IMG/VR virus record: IMGVR_UViG_3300033121_000264
Location: 1 to 64,000 of that record
DNA length: 64,000 nt
Strand: one strand, 5' to 3'
Source: a virus
Lineage: Duplodnaviria; Caudoviricetes
Positions 20,094-29,769 of this stretch are shown piece after piece; within the stretch, counting starts at the first letter, position 1, and each line of letters opens with the position of its first letter. A program made the position numbers and the translations under genes. Under the pieces are notes generated by a model, which worked only from the letters and a program-made list of their open reading frames with translations, ran no database searches and was not told the DNA's origin.

Positions 20094-20616
20094 ACAGTGT
20101 CAGATGTGTACTCTTTGTCGTGAATTACCTATGGGCTTAGAACCATTACCAGGAATTGGTAGTGGAGATATTATGATAGTATTAGAATCTCCAAATATTG
20201 ATAATATGATACTTGAAGATTATGATACTTCTCTTGCTCAAAAAACACTATTTAAGGTTCTTAAAGATAGTGGTATTAATTCATACTATATAACACATAT
20301 AATGAAATGTCACTCCGAAAATAAATATAAGAAACACGAAATAAAAGCGTGTTATAGATGGTTTACAGAAGAAGTAAAAGAAAAAAAGCCGAAGGCTATA
20401 ATAACGAGTGGGTTGCTTCCGCTTAAGACTATTCTGAATCAGTCTAAGGTGGACAAATTAAAGGAATGGGTTTATCAGCCTATTTTAGCTGAACCAGTTC
20501 CTGGAACCAAAGTTAAGTTATTACCTATCTATGCGGGTAATTATTACTATCAGAATGGGGCAAAAGTTTATAATACAGCCGTCAAAAAACTAAAGGAGTT
20601 TATTAGTGGCATCTAA
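20056..20616 (+). CDS. Uracil-DNA glycosylase family 4-like protein
   Basis: CQMCTLC, PGIG, IMIVLESP, ITHIMKC, AC. Confidence 0.7.
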   Translation: MDGQEKTLSQKIKQCQMCTLCRELPMGLEPLPGIGSGDIMIVLESPNIDNMILEDYDTSLAQKTLFKVLKDSGINSYYITHIMKCHSENKYKKHEIKACYRWFTEEVKEKKPKAIITSGLLPLKTILNQSKVDKLKEWVYQPILAEPVPGTKVKLLPIYAGNYYYQNGAKVYNTAVKKLKEFISGI

Positions 20617-21457
20617 AGGTTTATTTTATGATGATATTTGGTTAATCCCTAGACACCAATCAGAACTTGAGAGTCGTGGTCAAGCAAATACTTCTGTTGA
20701 TTTTTGTGGATTCAATTTAAAGTTTCCTGTTATTGCGGCCCCAATGCCTGACGTTTGTGATAGTAATATGGCAAATCAACTATCAGCTTTAGGCGGATTA
20801 GGTATTATACATAGATTTCAGACGATTGAAGAACAGTGTGTGATTTTAGGATATTCATATACATACGGAGCGGCTATTGGAGTCACTGGCGATTATTTAG
20901 AAAGATTTGAAGCTTTATATGAAAGTGGGTGTAGGGTTTTTTGTATTGATGTTGCTAATGGTCATTCTACTATTGTTCGTAAGACTCTAGAAGAGATTAA
21001 AAAACGACACTACGATATAGAGACTATCGTTGGAAATGTTGCATCAGCAGAAGGTTACGAATATCTAGCACAAATGAATGTAACTGCTGTTAGGGTAGGA
21101 ATTGCGGGAGGTTGTTTTACTGCCGAAACAAAAGTAACGACCAAAAATGGTCCTAAAAATATTAATAAAATAGAACTTGGAGACGAGGTTTTAACTCATA
21201 CTGGAAATTATAAAAAAGTAACAGCTAAACTAGAAAGGTTAGAAGATGAAAATTTAATAGATATAAACGGTATTCATTGTACTAAAAATCACGAATTTTA
21301 TGTAATACATAAGTCATTGAAAGATATTGTGAACGAAGATAATATTCAAATGTACGCAAAATGGGTATCAGCCGAGGAGCTATCTGATGATTATTTATTG
21401 ATAAAAATTACAGAAAATACCTCTACCAATACCGCCAATGATTCTAATGGTGTATAA
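20606..21457 (+). CDS. guaB: IMPDH/GMP reductase N-half fused to split intein N-part
   Basis: YDDIWLIP, AAPM, GGLGIIHRF, IDVANGH, GNVAS, VRVGIAGG|CFTAET; lacks CBS domains; guaB versus guaC not resolved. Confidence 0.88.
   Translation: MASKGLFYDDIWLIPRHQSELESRGQANTSVDFCGFNLKFPVIAAPMPDVCDSNMANQLSALGGLGIIHRFQTIEEQCVILGYSYTYGAAIGVTGDYLERFEALYESGCRVFCIDVANGHSTIVRKTLEEIKKRHYDIETIVGNVASAEGYEYLAQMNVTAVRVGIAGGCFTAETKVTTKNGPKNINKIELGDEVLTHTGNYKKVTAKLERLEDENLIDINGIHCTKNHEFYVIHKSLKDIVNEDNIQMYAKWVSAEELSDDYLLIKITENTSTNTANDSNGV
21113..21454 (+). mobile_element. Split intein N-fragment (IMPDH-1-like)
   Basis: CFTAETKV...INGIHCTKNHEFYVI...WVSAEEL. Confidence 0.92.
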
Positions 21458-21458
21458 T
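21449..21458 (+). promoter_or_regulatory. GGTGTATAAT motif, copy 4; contains the stop codon of the IMPDH N-half
   Basis: ORF ends NGV* = AATGGTGTATAA. Confidence 0.8.
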
Positions 21459-21486
21459 ACTATGTCAACACACCAAAGGAGAAGAA

Positions 21487-22440
21487 ATGATAAACTTAAT
21501 AAAGGTTAATGGGTTAGAGATAATAGATGATAATAGAATTGGTCAAGTTCGTATTTTTACACTAAAAGATAAAACAACATTACTTAGAAAAGAAATTCAA
21601 GAAGTTGAGATATGGTGTCAGTCCTGTCAAAAATTTTATCATAGAAAGTTATCATATTATCATCTAACTAAAAAATATCAATGTAATTCTTGTCATAGTA
21701 GATTAAATAATTCATTTCAAGGGAAAAAACATTCAGAAGAATTTAAGAAAAAAATGTCTGAATCTAGGAAAGGTAAACGTCTAAATCCACATTCTAAAAG
21801 TAATTATCAATGGTGGTTAGAAAAATACGGAGAAGAAGAAGCTAATAAACGACATAAAATATATTTAGATAAACAAAAATTAGCTAATGGAGGTAGTAAT
21901 AATGCATTTTATGGTAAAAAACACACAGAAGAAACAATACAAAGAATAATATCTAAAAGTAAAATTACAAATTCTTTAAAAACAAAAGAAGAAAAAAAAA
22001 TCATTTCAGATAAGTTAAAATTAGCTCAACAAAAAATTAAAAATAAGAATCCTCAAAAATATATTGAAAATAAGAAAAAGGCTGGAAAAGCTTCTCATAA
22101 TGCTCAAGGTAAATATAAAATTAATAAAATAGAAAAATTAATACAAGATTATTTATTAAAATTTAAGATTGATTTTAAATATGCTATAATTTTAGATAAA
22201 TATCAATTTGATTTTGGTAATTTACCACACAAAATTTTAATTGAAGTTCAAGGTGATTATTGGCACGGTAATCCTAACATTTATAAAACATTCAATCATA
22301 TACAACAAAAAAATATATTACGAGATATAGAAAAAGAAAAATGGGTAACTTCAAACGGTTATAAATTAGTTACAATTTGGGAAACAGACATTTTAAATAA
22401 TAATTTTCAAACATTAGATATTATCGAGGATTTAATATGA
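21487..22440 (+). mobile_element. Vsr-like (EDxHD/DUF559) homing endonuclease with NUMOD3 repeats
   Basis: GKKHSEEFKKKMSE, GKKHTEET; FDF...IEVQGDYWHG...RD...IWETD. Confidence 0.85.
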
Positions 22441-23033
22441 AATTTGAATTAGTGGAAATTAAAAAAATAGACAGTTTTAAAGTTAATAACCAAAAGGTAT
22501 ATGATATTACAGTAGAAGATGACCATTCGTATTGTGTAGATGGAAATATAGTAGTGCATAATTCTGTATGTTCAACCAAAACTGAAACTGGCGTACTTAC
22601 TCCAATGTGGTCTACATTACAAGAAGTGAGAGATTGTAAAAATAAGAATCCAACATACAAATCATTAATAATCGCTGATGGTTCAATTAAACAACCAAAT
22701 CATCTATGTAAGGCTCTGTGCCTAGCAGATATTGCTATGGCTGGCGGTATTTTTGCGGGAACAGAAGAAGCCCCTGGAAATGTAATTAAAACACCAGATA
22801 ATCAAATGGTTAAACTATATCGTGGTGCGGCTAGTTTTTCAACTCAAAAATACGAAGCTAAGAAACATCCAAAATACGTAGAAGGTATTGAAACATTCAT
22901 TCCGTATACCGGAGCTTTAAGAAAAGTCGTAGATAGATATACTGGAGGTTTACAATCTAGTATGAGTTATATGAATGCAAAAACTTTAAGTGAATATAGA
23001 CAAAATTTTGATTATACAATCGTGAAAGGATAG
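22437..23033 (+). CDS. guaB: Split intein C-part (22437-22562, 42 aa) fused to the IMPDH/GMPR C-half
   Basis: MKFELVEI...VYDITVEDDHSY...VVHN|SVCSTK; IADG, EAPG, YRGAAS, VEG, SSMSY. Confidence 0.9.
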   Translation: MKFELVEIKKIDSFKVNNQKVYDITVEDDHSYCVDGNIVVHNSVCSTKTETGVLTPMWSTLQEVRDCKNKNPTYKSLIIADGSIKQPNHLCKALCLADIAMAGGIFAGTEEAPGNVIKTPDNQMVKLYRGAASFSTQKYEAKKHPKYVEGIETFIPYTGALRKVVDRYTGGLQSSMSYMNAKTLSEYRQNFDYTIVKG

Positions 23034-23034
23034 A

Positions 23035-23394
23035 ATGAAAAAACCTACAATTTTTATTGATATAGATGGAACTATTTTAGAACATAGAAATAATGAAGAT
23101 GAGATTAAAAATTTACCAGAACAAAATCCAACTCCAGATGCTGTTGCTAAATTTAATGAGTGGTATAATAATGGATACTATATTGTAGTAATTAGTGCTA
23201 GACCTGATACCGCAGGTATGTGGTTAATAACAAAAAATCAATTAGAAAAATGGGGTTTTAAACATCATCGTATTATGTTAGGCATTACTAGTGGTGTTCG
23301 TTATATGATTAATGACGAAAAACCAACTGTTGAATCTACAGCTATTGGAATTACAGTGCAGCGAAATAAAGGACTTGGAGATTTAGATATATGA
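23035..23394 (+). CDS. HAD-family phosphatase
   Basis: FIDIDGT, ISAR, IND. Confidence 0.75.
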   Translation: MKKPTIFIDIDGTILEHRNNEDEIKNLPEQNPTPDAVAKFNEWYNNGYYIVVISARPDTAGMWLITKNQLEKWGFKHHRIMLGITSGVRYMINDEKPTVESTAIGITVQRNKGLGDLDI

Positions 23395-23816
23395 GTAAAT
23401 CTAAAAATGGAATTAAACTGATTATCGCCGGTAGTCGTACAATTACGAACTACGAAAAAGTTAAACCCATCATTGACAAAATCGTAAAAGAGAATAAAAT
23501 CAAGGTGGCCGAGGTTTTCAGCGGAAAAGCGGCAGGCATGGACAAGTTAGGCGAACAATGGGCAGACGAACTTAAAATTCCAATTAAGTCATTTCCTGCT
23601 GATTGGAAAAACATTTCTATTAAAGGGGCATTGATTAAAGAAGGCCAATATGGTAAATATAATGCCCTTGCAGGAATTTGGCGTAATCACAAAATGGGGG
23701 ACGAAGCAGATGCGGCTATCGTAATCTGGACGGGTGGTTCATGTGGTTCTGCTGATATGATTGATTATATGAACAAAATTAACAAACCAGTTTACACAAT
23801 TATGGTGAATGTATGA
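23391..23816 (+). CDS. SLOG/YspA-like (DUF2493) protein
   Basis: IIAGSR, SGKAAGMD, ADW, RNHKM, GSADMI. Confidence 0.75.
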   Translation: MSKSKNGIKLIIAGSRTITNYEKVKPIIDKIVKENKIKVAEVFSGKAAGMDKLGEQWADELKIPIKSFPADWKNISIKGALIKEGQYGKYNALAGIWRNHKMGDEADAAIVIWTGGSCGSADMIDYMNKINKPVYTIMVNV

Positions 23817-23830
23817 TGTTTGACTTAAAT

Positions 23831-23840
23831 GGTGTATAAT
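23831..23840 (+). promoter_or_regulatory. GGTGTATAAT motif, copy 5
   Basis: Within inverted repeat TTGACTTA (23820)/TAAGTCAA (23855) abutting the RBS. Confidence 0.8.
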
Positions 23841-23872
23841 CTATTATCACAGTATAAGTCAAGGAGCACAAT

Positions 23873-24586
23873 ATGAAAAAAGTAGAAATTCATCAAGAAT
23901 ATTTAGAAGATATGATATTAAATAAAAATCATACAGTACAACAAATTAGTCAACTGCTCAATATAGATGTTAGAACAGTAATTAAATATTGTAAAAAATA
24001 TAATGTTGATTTTAATAAAAGAAAATGCGTTAAACCTGGAGATAAAAGTGGATTATTAACAGTAATTTCTTCATATGGAAAAGATAAACATGGTCATACT
24101 AAATGGAAATGTAAATGTGAATGTGGAAATATTAAAATTATAGTTGGACATGGTATTTCTAGTAATAATACAAAAAGCTGTGGATGTTTAAGATATAATC
24201 CAAATAAAAGGAAATGTAAATACCAAGTTCCTGGTACTGCAATGAAAAATGAAATCATTGTTTCTTATAAAAATGGGGCCAAAAATAGAAATTTAGATTT
24301 CAAACTAACAGATAAAGAATTAGAACTTTTATTTAGTGGAGATTGTTATTATTGCGGTGCCAAACCATCTAGAATTAGAAATAGAAAAAATACTAATGGG
24401 GCATTTATTTATAATGGAATTGATAGAAAAAATCCAGAAATAGGTTATTTAAGTAATAATTGTGTGTCATGTTGCACTCAATGTAATATCAGCAAACATT
24501 GTATGAATTTAAATGAATTTTTGAGCTGGATATCTAAAGTTCATAAACATATAACAAATTTTAAAGGAATCCAAGATGATAAATGA
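23873..24586 (+). mobile_element. Free-standing HNH homing endonuclease with N-terminal HTH
   Basis: KCKCECG, CYYCG, NGIDRKN...NCVSCCTQCN. Confidence 0.85.
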
Positions 24587-25217
24587 TAGACCATTTTTAG
24601 TATTTGATTTTGAGACAACTGGGATTAATCCAGCAAAATGCGGTATCACTCAAATTGCAGCATGTGCAATACATCCTCGTCGATTAGAAATACTTGGTAC
24701 ATTTAATAGAGACAACATAAAATGGCACGATGATGATGAGATTAATGATGAAGCATTTAAAATTACACGAAAAGATAAAGACTTCATTCTTAAAAATGGA
24801 GTTAATCCAAAACAAGCATGGGAAGAATTTACTAATTTTGTGTATGAATACAACCCAAAACGTTCATCTTGGAGTGCCCCAATCCCAGCTGGTTATAACA
24901 TTATTGGATACGACTTAAAAATATTAGATAGATATTGTGATAAATATGGTCCATCCGATGTAAAAAATGGACGACAATCCTTAGTAAGTACATTTATGAG
25001 ATATGATTTAATGGACCAGATTTTTTGGTGGACTGAAAGTAACGCTTCTCTACCAAATATTAAACTAGATACTATTCGTGATTGGATGGGGCTAAGTAAA
25101 GAAGGTGCCCACGATGCTTTAGTAGACGTTGAACAAACAGCCCAAATTGTAATTAAGATGATTCGTTTATATAGAGAGTTGAGTACCAGAGTAAAATTTG
25201 CAGGAGCATTTATCTAA
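24576..25217 (+). CDS. dnaQ: DEDDh 3'-5' exonuclease (DnaQ-like)
   Basis: FDFETTG, GYNIIGYD, HDALVDV. Confidence 0.85.
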   Translation: MINDRPFLVFDFETTGINPAKCGITQIAACAIHPRRLEILGTFNRDNIKWHDDDEINDEAFKITRKDKDFILKNGVNPKQAWEEFTNFVYEYNPKRSSWSAPIPAGYNIIGYDLKILDRYCDKYGPSDVKNGRQSLVSTFMRYDLMDQIFWWTESNASLPNIKLDTIRDWMGLSKEGAHDALVDVEQTAQIVIKMIRLYRELSTRVKFAGAFI

Positions 25218-25411
25218 TGGAAAACTTACCAGATATCTCACAAAGATTTGATGTAAAGTATATTAAGCAAAAAAGACATGATATTCTACAATATTGTGCT
25301 GAAAGATTATTAAGTGAAAGTGAATTAGCTGGATTAGATTTAAAAACCCCAGACTTAAAATTAGAAATGAGATTGGTAGTAAGAAAAACAGAATTTGGAG
25401 ATGGGTATTAA
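25217..25411 (+). CDS. Hypothetical protein
   Basis: TAATG-coupled ORF. Confidence 0.5.
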   Translation: MENLPDISQRFDVKYIKQKRHDILQYCAERLLSESELAGLDLKTPDLKLEMRLVVRKTEFGDGY

Positions 25412-25773
25412 TGGACGATAAAATTAGAGAAGAAATTGGTAAATGTGAAATGCATCAATTTACCGGTCCATATCCAAGTCAGGAAGAAATTAAAAAAGCA
25501 TGGGATAAATATGTAGAAGAATGTGATATTGAATTTAATAAATGGATGAATGGTACTGAACTTTGTGCTAGTCATGGAAGAACAATTTTGAAAACTTTAG
25601 ATGGTAAAGTTATAGTTACTCCAGAAGCTCCAGAATCTATTAAATCTGGTAATTCATACTGGATATTAAATAAAATTGGTAAAGAACGATGGAATAAAGG
25701 ATTAGATATTTTAGATTATCGTTGTTTTGATATTGGAATACATGCTAACATTGTTGAGAAAGGTTTATTATGA
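25411..25773 (+). CDS. Hypothetical protein
   Basis: TAATG-coupled ORF. Confidence 0.5.
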   Translation: MDDKIREEIGKCEMHQFTGPYPSQEEIKKAWDKYVEECDIEFNKWMNGTELCASHGRTILKTLDGKVIVTPEAPESIKSGNSYWILNKIGKERWNKGLDILDYRCFDIGIHANIVEKGLL

Positions 25774-25973
25774 AACAATCAGGCTGGTATTGTAATAATT
25801 GCGAACAAGAACTCTTGTACTATAATATAGGATTTGATGATGGATATCAATGTCCAAAATGTAAAAGAATACTAGAATCTTATCAATTAAAAAAAGAAGC
25901 TATTAAAGCAACTGATATTTATAAACGTGGTGTTTTTGCTTATATTACACAACATTGGAATAAAACGATATGA
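25770..25973 (+). CDS. Small Zn-ribbon protein
   Basis: CNNC...CPKC. Confidence 0.5.
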   Translation: MKQSGWYCNNCEQELLYYNIGFDDGYQCPKCKRILESYQLKKEAIKATDIYKRGVFAYITQHWNKTI

Positions 25974-26854
25974 ATGAATTTAAATTTGATTGCGGTTGCT
26001 CATTTCCTATTCTTGGTCCAGCTACACAAAAATTTGATATTCCACGCCTAAAAATTGACTTCTATAATATTAAGTATACTTGTGAAGCCACATGGGATAT
26101 TATTCGTACTGGTAACACAGTTGGAGTGTTCCAATTAGAAACTAAACTAGGACAAGATTGGTCTAAGCGTGTATCTCCAGATAATCTAGAGCATCTTGGT
26201 GCTATCGGTGCTATTCTTCGTCCGGGTTGTTTAAAAGCTATTACAGATGGTAAGAGTATGACGGCACATTATGCCGACTGTAAAAACCATAGAGAAGAAG
26301 TTAAATTATATCACCCAATTGTTGATGAATGTTTAAAAGAAACATATAATCTATTGGTCTATCAAGAACAAGCTATGGCTCTAGCTAAAGAAGTTGCGGC
26401 GTTTAGTTTAGAAGAAGCTGACAATCTAAGAAAAGCAATGGGTAAAAAACTTGCCTCTGAAATGGCTAAAGTTAAGACAATGTTTAAGGAAAAGGGCTTA
26501 CAAGCCGCAATTTTGACAGAAGCCCAATTAGATGAAGTTTTTGGTTGGATTCAAGAGTCACAAAGGTACAGTTTTAATAAGAGTATATTAGCTGATACAA
26601 TAGTTGAAACTAAAAACTGTCTAAAAACTATTGAAAATTTAAAAATAGGAGAATATATAAATAGTCCAGATGGATTTATTGAAGTATTAGATAAATATGA
26701 CCACGGCGAACAAGAAGTATATGAAATTACTATGGAATCAGGCAAATCTATCACTTGTACTATGCAACATAAATTTTTATGTGAAGATTCAATAATAAGA
26801 CCTTTATTTGAAATTATTGAAAATAATCATAAAATAATATGTGATGATGATTAA
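25970..26854 (+). CDS. dnaE: DnaE piece 2 (fingers) fused to split intein N-part (26582-26851, Ser1)
   Basis: TVGVFQLE, LRPG, ETYNLLVYQEQ, ADNLRKAMGKK, YSFNK|SILADT...TCTMQHKF. Confidence 0.9.
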   Translation: MNEFKFDCGCSFPILGPATQKFDIPRLKIDFYNIKYTCEATWDIIRTGNTVGVFQLETKLGQDWSKRVSPDNLEHLGAIGAILRPGCLKAITDGKSMTAHYADCKNHREEVKLYHPIVDECLKETYNLLVYQEQAMALAKEVAAFSLEEADNLRKAMGKKLASEMAKVKTMFKEKGLQAAILTEAQLDEVFGWIQESQRYSFNKSILADTIVETKNCLKTIENLKIGEYINSPDGFIEVLDKYDHGEQEVYEITMESGKSITCTMQHKFLCEDSIIRPLFEIIENNHKIICDDD

Positions 26855-26855
26855 T

Positions 26856-26865
26856 GGTGTATAAT
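26856..26865 (+). promoter_or_regulatory. GGTGTATAAT motif, copy 6, abutting the stop of DnaE piece 2
   Basis: TAA-T-GGTGTATAAT; 31 nt before ATG 26897. Confidence 0.8.
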
Positions 26866-26896
26866 CCTATGACCAAACTTAATAAGGAGCATAGTA

Positions 26897-27799
26897 ATGA
26901 TTATAGACCAATCTATATGGGCTAAATGTTTAATTTGTCAAAAAACCAAAAAAGATATATGTAAATTATATGGTGGTGGTGGAATTTATTATTCACAAGC
27001 ATTTAATAATCATATTAATAAAGACCACAATTTAACTTTAGAAGAATATTTTGTTCAATATTGTAATTTAGAACAACCAATATGTGCTTGTAATATATGT
27101 AATCAAAAATGTAAATTATCAAATCATGTTGGTAAAATCAAATGGAAAGAATATGTTTGTGGTAGATATCCTGGGTTATTAAAATGGTCAGAAGATGCTA
27201 AAATAAATAGAAAAGGTTCAAAAAATCCCATGTTTGGTAAAACAGCATGGAACAAAAATAAAACCAAAAATGATTGTGAACAGTTAAAAAATATATCAGA
27301 AAAACGAAAAGGAATAAAAGTATCTGAAGCTTCCAAATTTAAAATGTCTGAATCTGCTAAAAAAAGAAAAATTCATGGACATACTGGCTTTAAACATTCT
27401 GAAGAATCTAAACAAAAAAATAGAGAAGCTACATTACAAAGAATTAAAAACGGTGATTTTAAACAAACAAAAACAAAACCACATATAGAATTAGAAAAAA
27501 TTTTAACAGAATTAAGATTTAAATTTGAATCAGAAAAAACTATACATTATTGGTCTTTTGATATCTATTTAATAGATTTTGATATTTATATTGAAGTTGA
27601 TGGCGATTATTTTCATTCTAATCCAAAACTATATCCAAATGGACCTAAAACTAAAACTCAAAAAATTAATTATATTAGAGATATTAGTAAAAACAAATAT
27701 TGTAAAACCAATAATATTAAATTAATCAGATTTTGGGAATGTGACATATTAAATGATATTGAAAGGGTAAAAATAGAATTATGCAAGCTGAAAAAATAA
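26897..27799 (+). mobile_element. Vsr-like (EDxHD/DUF559) homing endonuclease with NUMOD3 repeats
   Basis: NPMFGKTAWNK, GFKHSEESKQK, FDIY...IEVDGDYFH...RD...FWECD. Confidence 0.85.
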
Positions 27800-28932
27800 T
27801 TGGTATTAAAAAAATTGGAACTTTACCAACAGTTGATATTGAAGTAAAAAGTGATAGACATATTTTTTATGGAAATGGAATAGCTACATCAAATTCACAC
27901 AGTATTGAATATGGTCTAGTAAGCTATTGGACGGCTTTTGCTAAGGCTCATGGTTCACATGCATTTTATACAGCTTGGCTCAAGGAAAGCATTGGACAAC
28001 AAGATGGTGAGAAGGATGTTATCAAACTTACCGCCAATGCAATGACTCAAAAGGTCAAAATTAATACACCAACAATTCTAACCAATAAAGACAATTTCTA
28101 CACAGATGGTAAAGAGATTTGGTTTGGCCTAATCAATATTAAGGGGGTTGGAGCATCTGTTGTTAGAAAACTTCATGAGGCTAGTAAAAAAGCCGAGGAA
28201 GAAATAGGTGTCTCGTTAAAAGATATGTCTTGGATTCAGTTCCTAGTATATGTATCAGGTTCAATAAATAGTAAGGCTATGTTGGCTATGATAATGGCTG
28301 GGGCTTTAGACCATTTAAAAATGAGCCGCACCCAAATGAAATATGAGTATGAAAAATTCCTAGTTATTAATGACAACGAATTGGGCCTAATTAAATCAAA
28401 GGCTACTAATTACAATATGGCACTAGTAGAGTTCCTTCGGCCTTTTTGTAAGACTCGTAAGAATGGGGGCGTCGTAGCTAATGAACGCCGATTAGGTACA
28501 TTTGAAGATATTATCAAAACCCTAGATAAACCTCCATTTGATTTAGCGGATTCTCCTAATAAAATTTTGGAAAATGAACGTAGATTGCTTGGTGTTGCTT
28601 TAACTTATAACGTTGGCGATAGTATTGCTAATGATGCTGTAAACTGTTCATGTTATGAATTTGCCGAAGGTAAACCCTTGGATAGCTTCGTGTTAGGTGT
28701 AGAAATATTGGACGTTCGACCCTATAATATAAAGCGGGGAAAACAGACTGGCAAACAAATGTATTATTTGGACGTTTCTGATGGTACGACAAATATGCCT
28801 AATTGCACTGTATTTCCAGATACTTTTGATGAATATGGAAGTCTGATTACAAAGGGTAATAGAGTTCTTTTATTTGGAAAACGTGATTCAAAGTTCAACA
28901 GTTTCAACGTACAAAAGGTAATTCAAGCGTGA
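27781..28932 (+). CDS. dnaE: Split intein C-part (27781-27894, 38 aa) fused to DnaE piece 3 (HhH and OB fold)
   Basis: TVDIEV...HIFYGNGIATSN|SHSIEY; IWFGLINIKGVG; MAGALD; ERRLLG; VFPDTF. Confidence 0.9.
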   Translation: MQAEKIIGIKKIGTLPTVDIEVKSDRHIFYGNGIATSNSHSIEYGLVSYWTAFAKAHGSHAFYTAWLKESIGQQDGEKDVIKLTANAMTQKVKINTPTILTNKDNFYTDGKEIWFGLINIKGVGASVVRKLHEASKKAEEEIGVSLKDMSWIQFLVYVSGSINSKAMLAMIMAGALDHLKMSRTQMKYEYEKFLVINDNELGLIKSKATNYNMALVEFLRPFCKTRKNGGVVANERRLGTFEDIIKTLDKPPFDLADSPNKILENERRLLGVALTYNVGDSIANDAVNCSCYEFAEGKPLDSFVLGVEILDVRPYNIKRGKQTGKQMYYLDVSDGTTNMPNCTVFPDTFDEYGSLITKGNRVLLFGKRDSKFNSFNVQKVIQA

Positions 28933-29462
28933 GCAAACTACATAAGATTCTTAAGAAATATAATTACTTATTTGAAGTTCATGAATTAGATATGGGATGC
29001 GCTTTAATATGTCCGGAAAGATGTTTAGATTTTTATTTAGAACCCGAAATCCGAGCCTATAATATATCCAAGGACGAGCAGAAGCCTGGTGTACTTATAA
29101 GTTCGACACTATTAGATGATACATGGGTTGATATCCCACGATACGCTATATCTTCTGTAATATCTTTAGATATTGCTAAAACTTGTCAAGAATATGAGTA
29201 CGATTTATCTTTAATACGTTATATTAATTTGGGAGGGCATTATTGTAAGACGATTGATTTAAGTGGAAAATTAGAGTTGTCGGATAAAGAGAAAGAACTA
29301 AAGGTGGTACTTGATACAAAGTTTGTTGAACAGGCTAAAAAACAGTTTAAAGACGATGTATCAGAAGAAGTAAAACTTTTAGGGATTGATGTAGGTTATG
29401 AGATTTTAGTTAATTTATTTAGGAGTGATGAAGATGAATCAGTTAGTTCTATTGGAAGGTAA
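28929..29462 (+). CDS. Hypothetical protein
   Basis: Overlapping ORF. Confidence 0.55.
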   Translation: MSKLHKILKKYNYLFEVHELDMGCALICPERCLDFYLEPEIRAYNISKDEQKPGVLISSTLLDDTWVDIPRYAISSVISLDIAKTCQEYEYDLSLIRYINLGGHYCKTIDLSGKLELSDKEKELKVVLDTKFVEQAKKQFKDDVSEEVKLLGIDVGYEILVNLFRSDEDESVSSIGR

Positions 29463-29769
29463 TTTAACACGTGACCCAGAAGTAAAGCAAACCACTGGTG
29501 GTACATCAGTTGCTAACTTCACATTAGCTGTGAATGGTCGTGAATACGAACGTAATGGCGAAAAGGTACGCGATGTTACATTCGTGGATTGTGAAGCATG
29601 GGATTCCGGAGCGGAATTACTAGGAGATTACAAGAAGGGTGAAAAGCTCTTTATTAAGGGTGAATTGAAGCAAAACAGTTGGGAAGACAATGATGGCAAC
29701 AAACGTTCTAAGTTAGTTGTGCGTTGTAATCACTTCTCAAAAATTGTATTTGCTAAGAAAAAGTCGTAA
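29434..29769 (+). CDS. ssb: Single-stranded DNA-binding protein (OB fold), acidic tail detached
   Basis: NQLVLLEGNLTRDPE, VANFTLAVN, SWEDNDGNKRSK; AGGAG RBS at 29421. Confidence 0.92.
   Translation: MNQLVLLEGNLTRDPEVKQTTGGTSVANFTLAVNGREYERNGEKVRDVTFVDCEAWDSGAELLGDYKKGEKLFIKGELKQNSWEDNDGNKRSKLVVRCNHFSKIVFAKKKS

Noticed and set aside
19421-25969. Group I/II intron joining DnaE pieces 1 and 2
   Set aside because: The interval is filled with ordinary protein genes and leaves no room for a ribozyme core
28060-28070. Partial motif matches: minus-strand GGTGTATTAAT in dnaE, also TGGTGTAAG near 2497 and GGGGTATAAA near 34874
   Set aside because: Imperfect, inside coding sequence, and lacking the RBS/ATG spacing of the true copies
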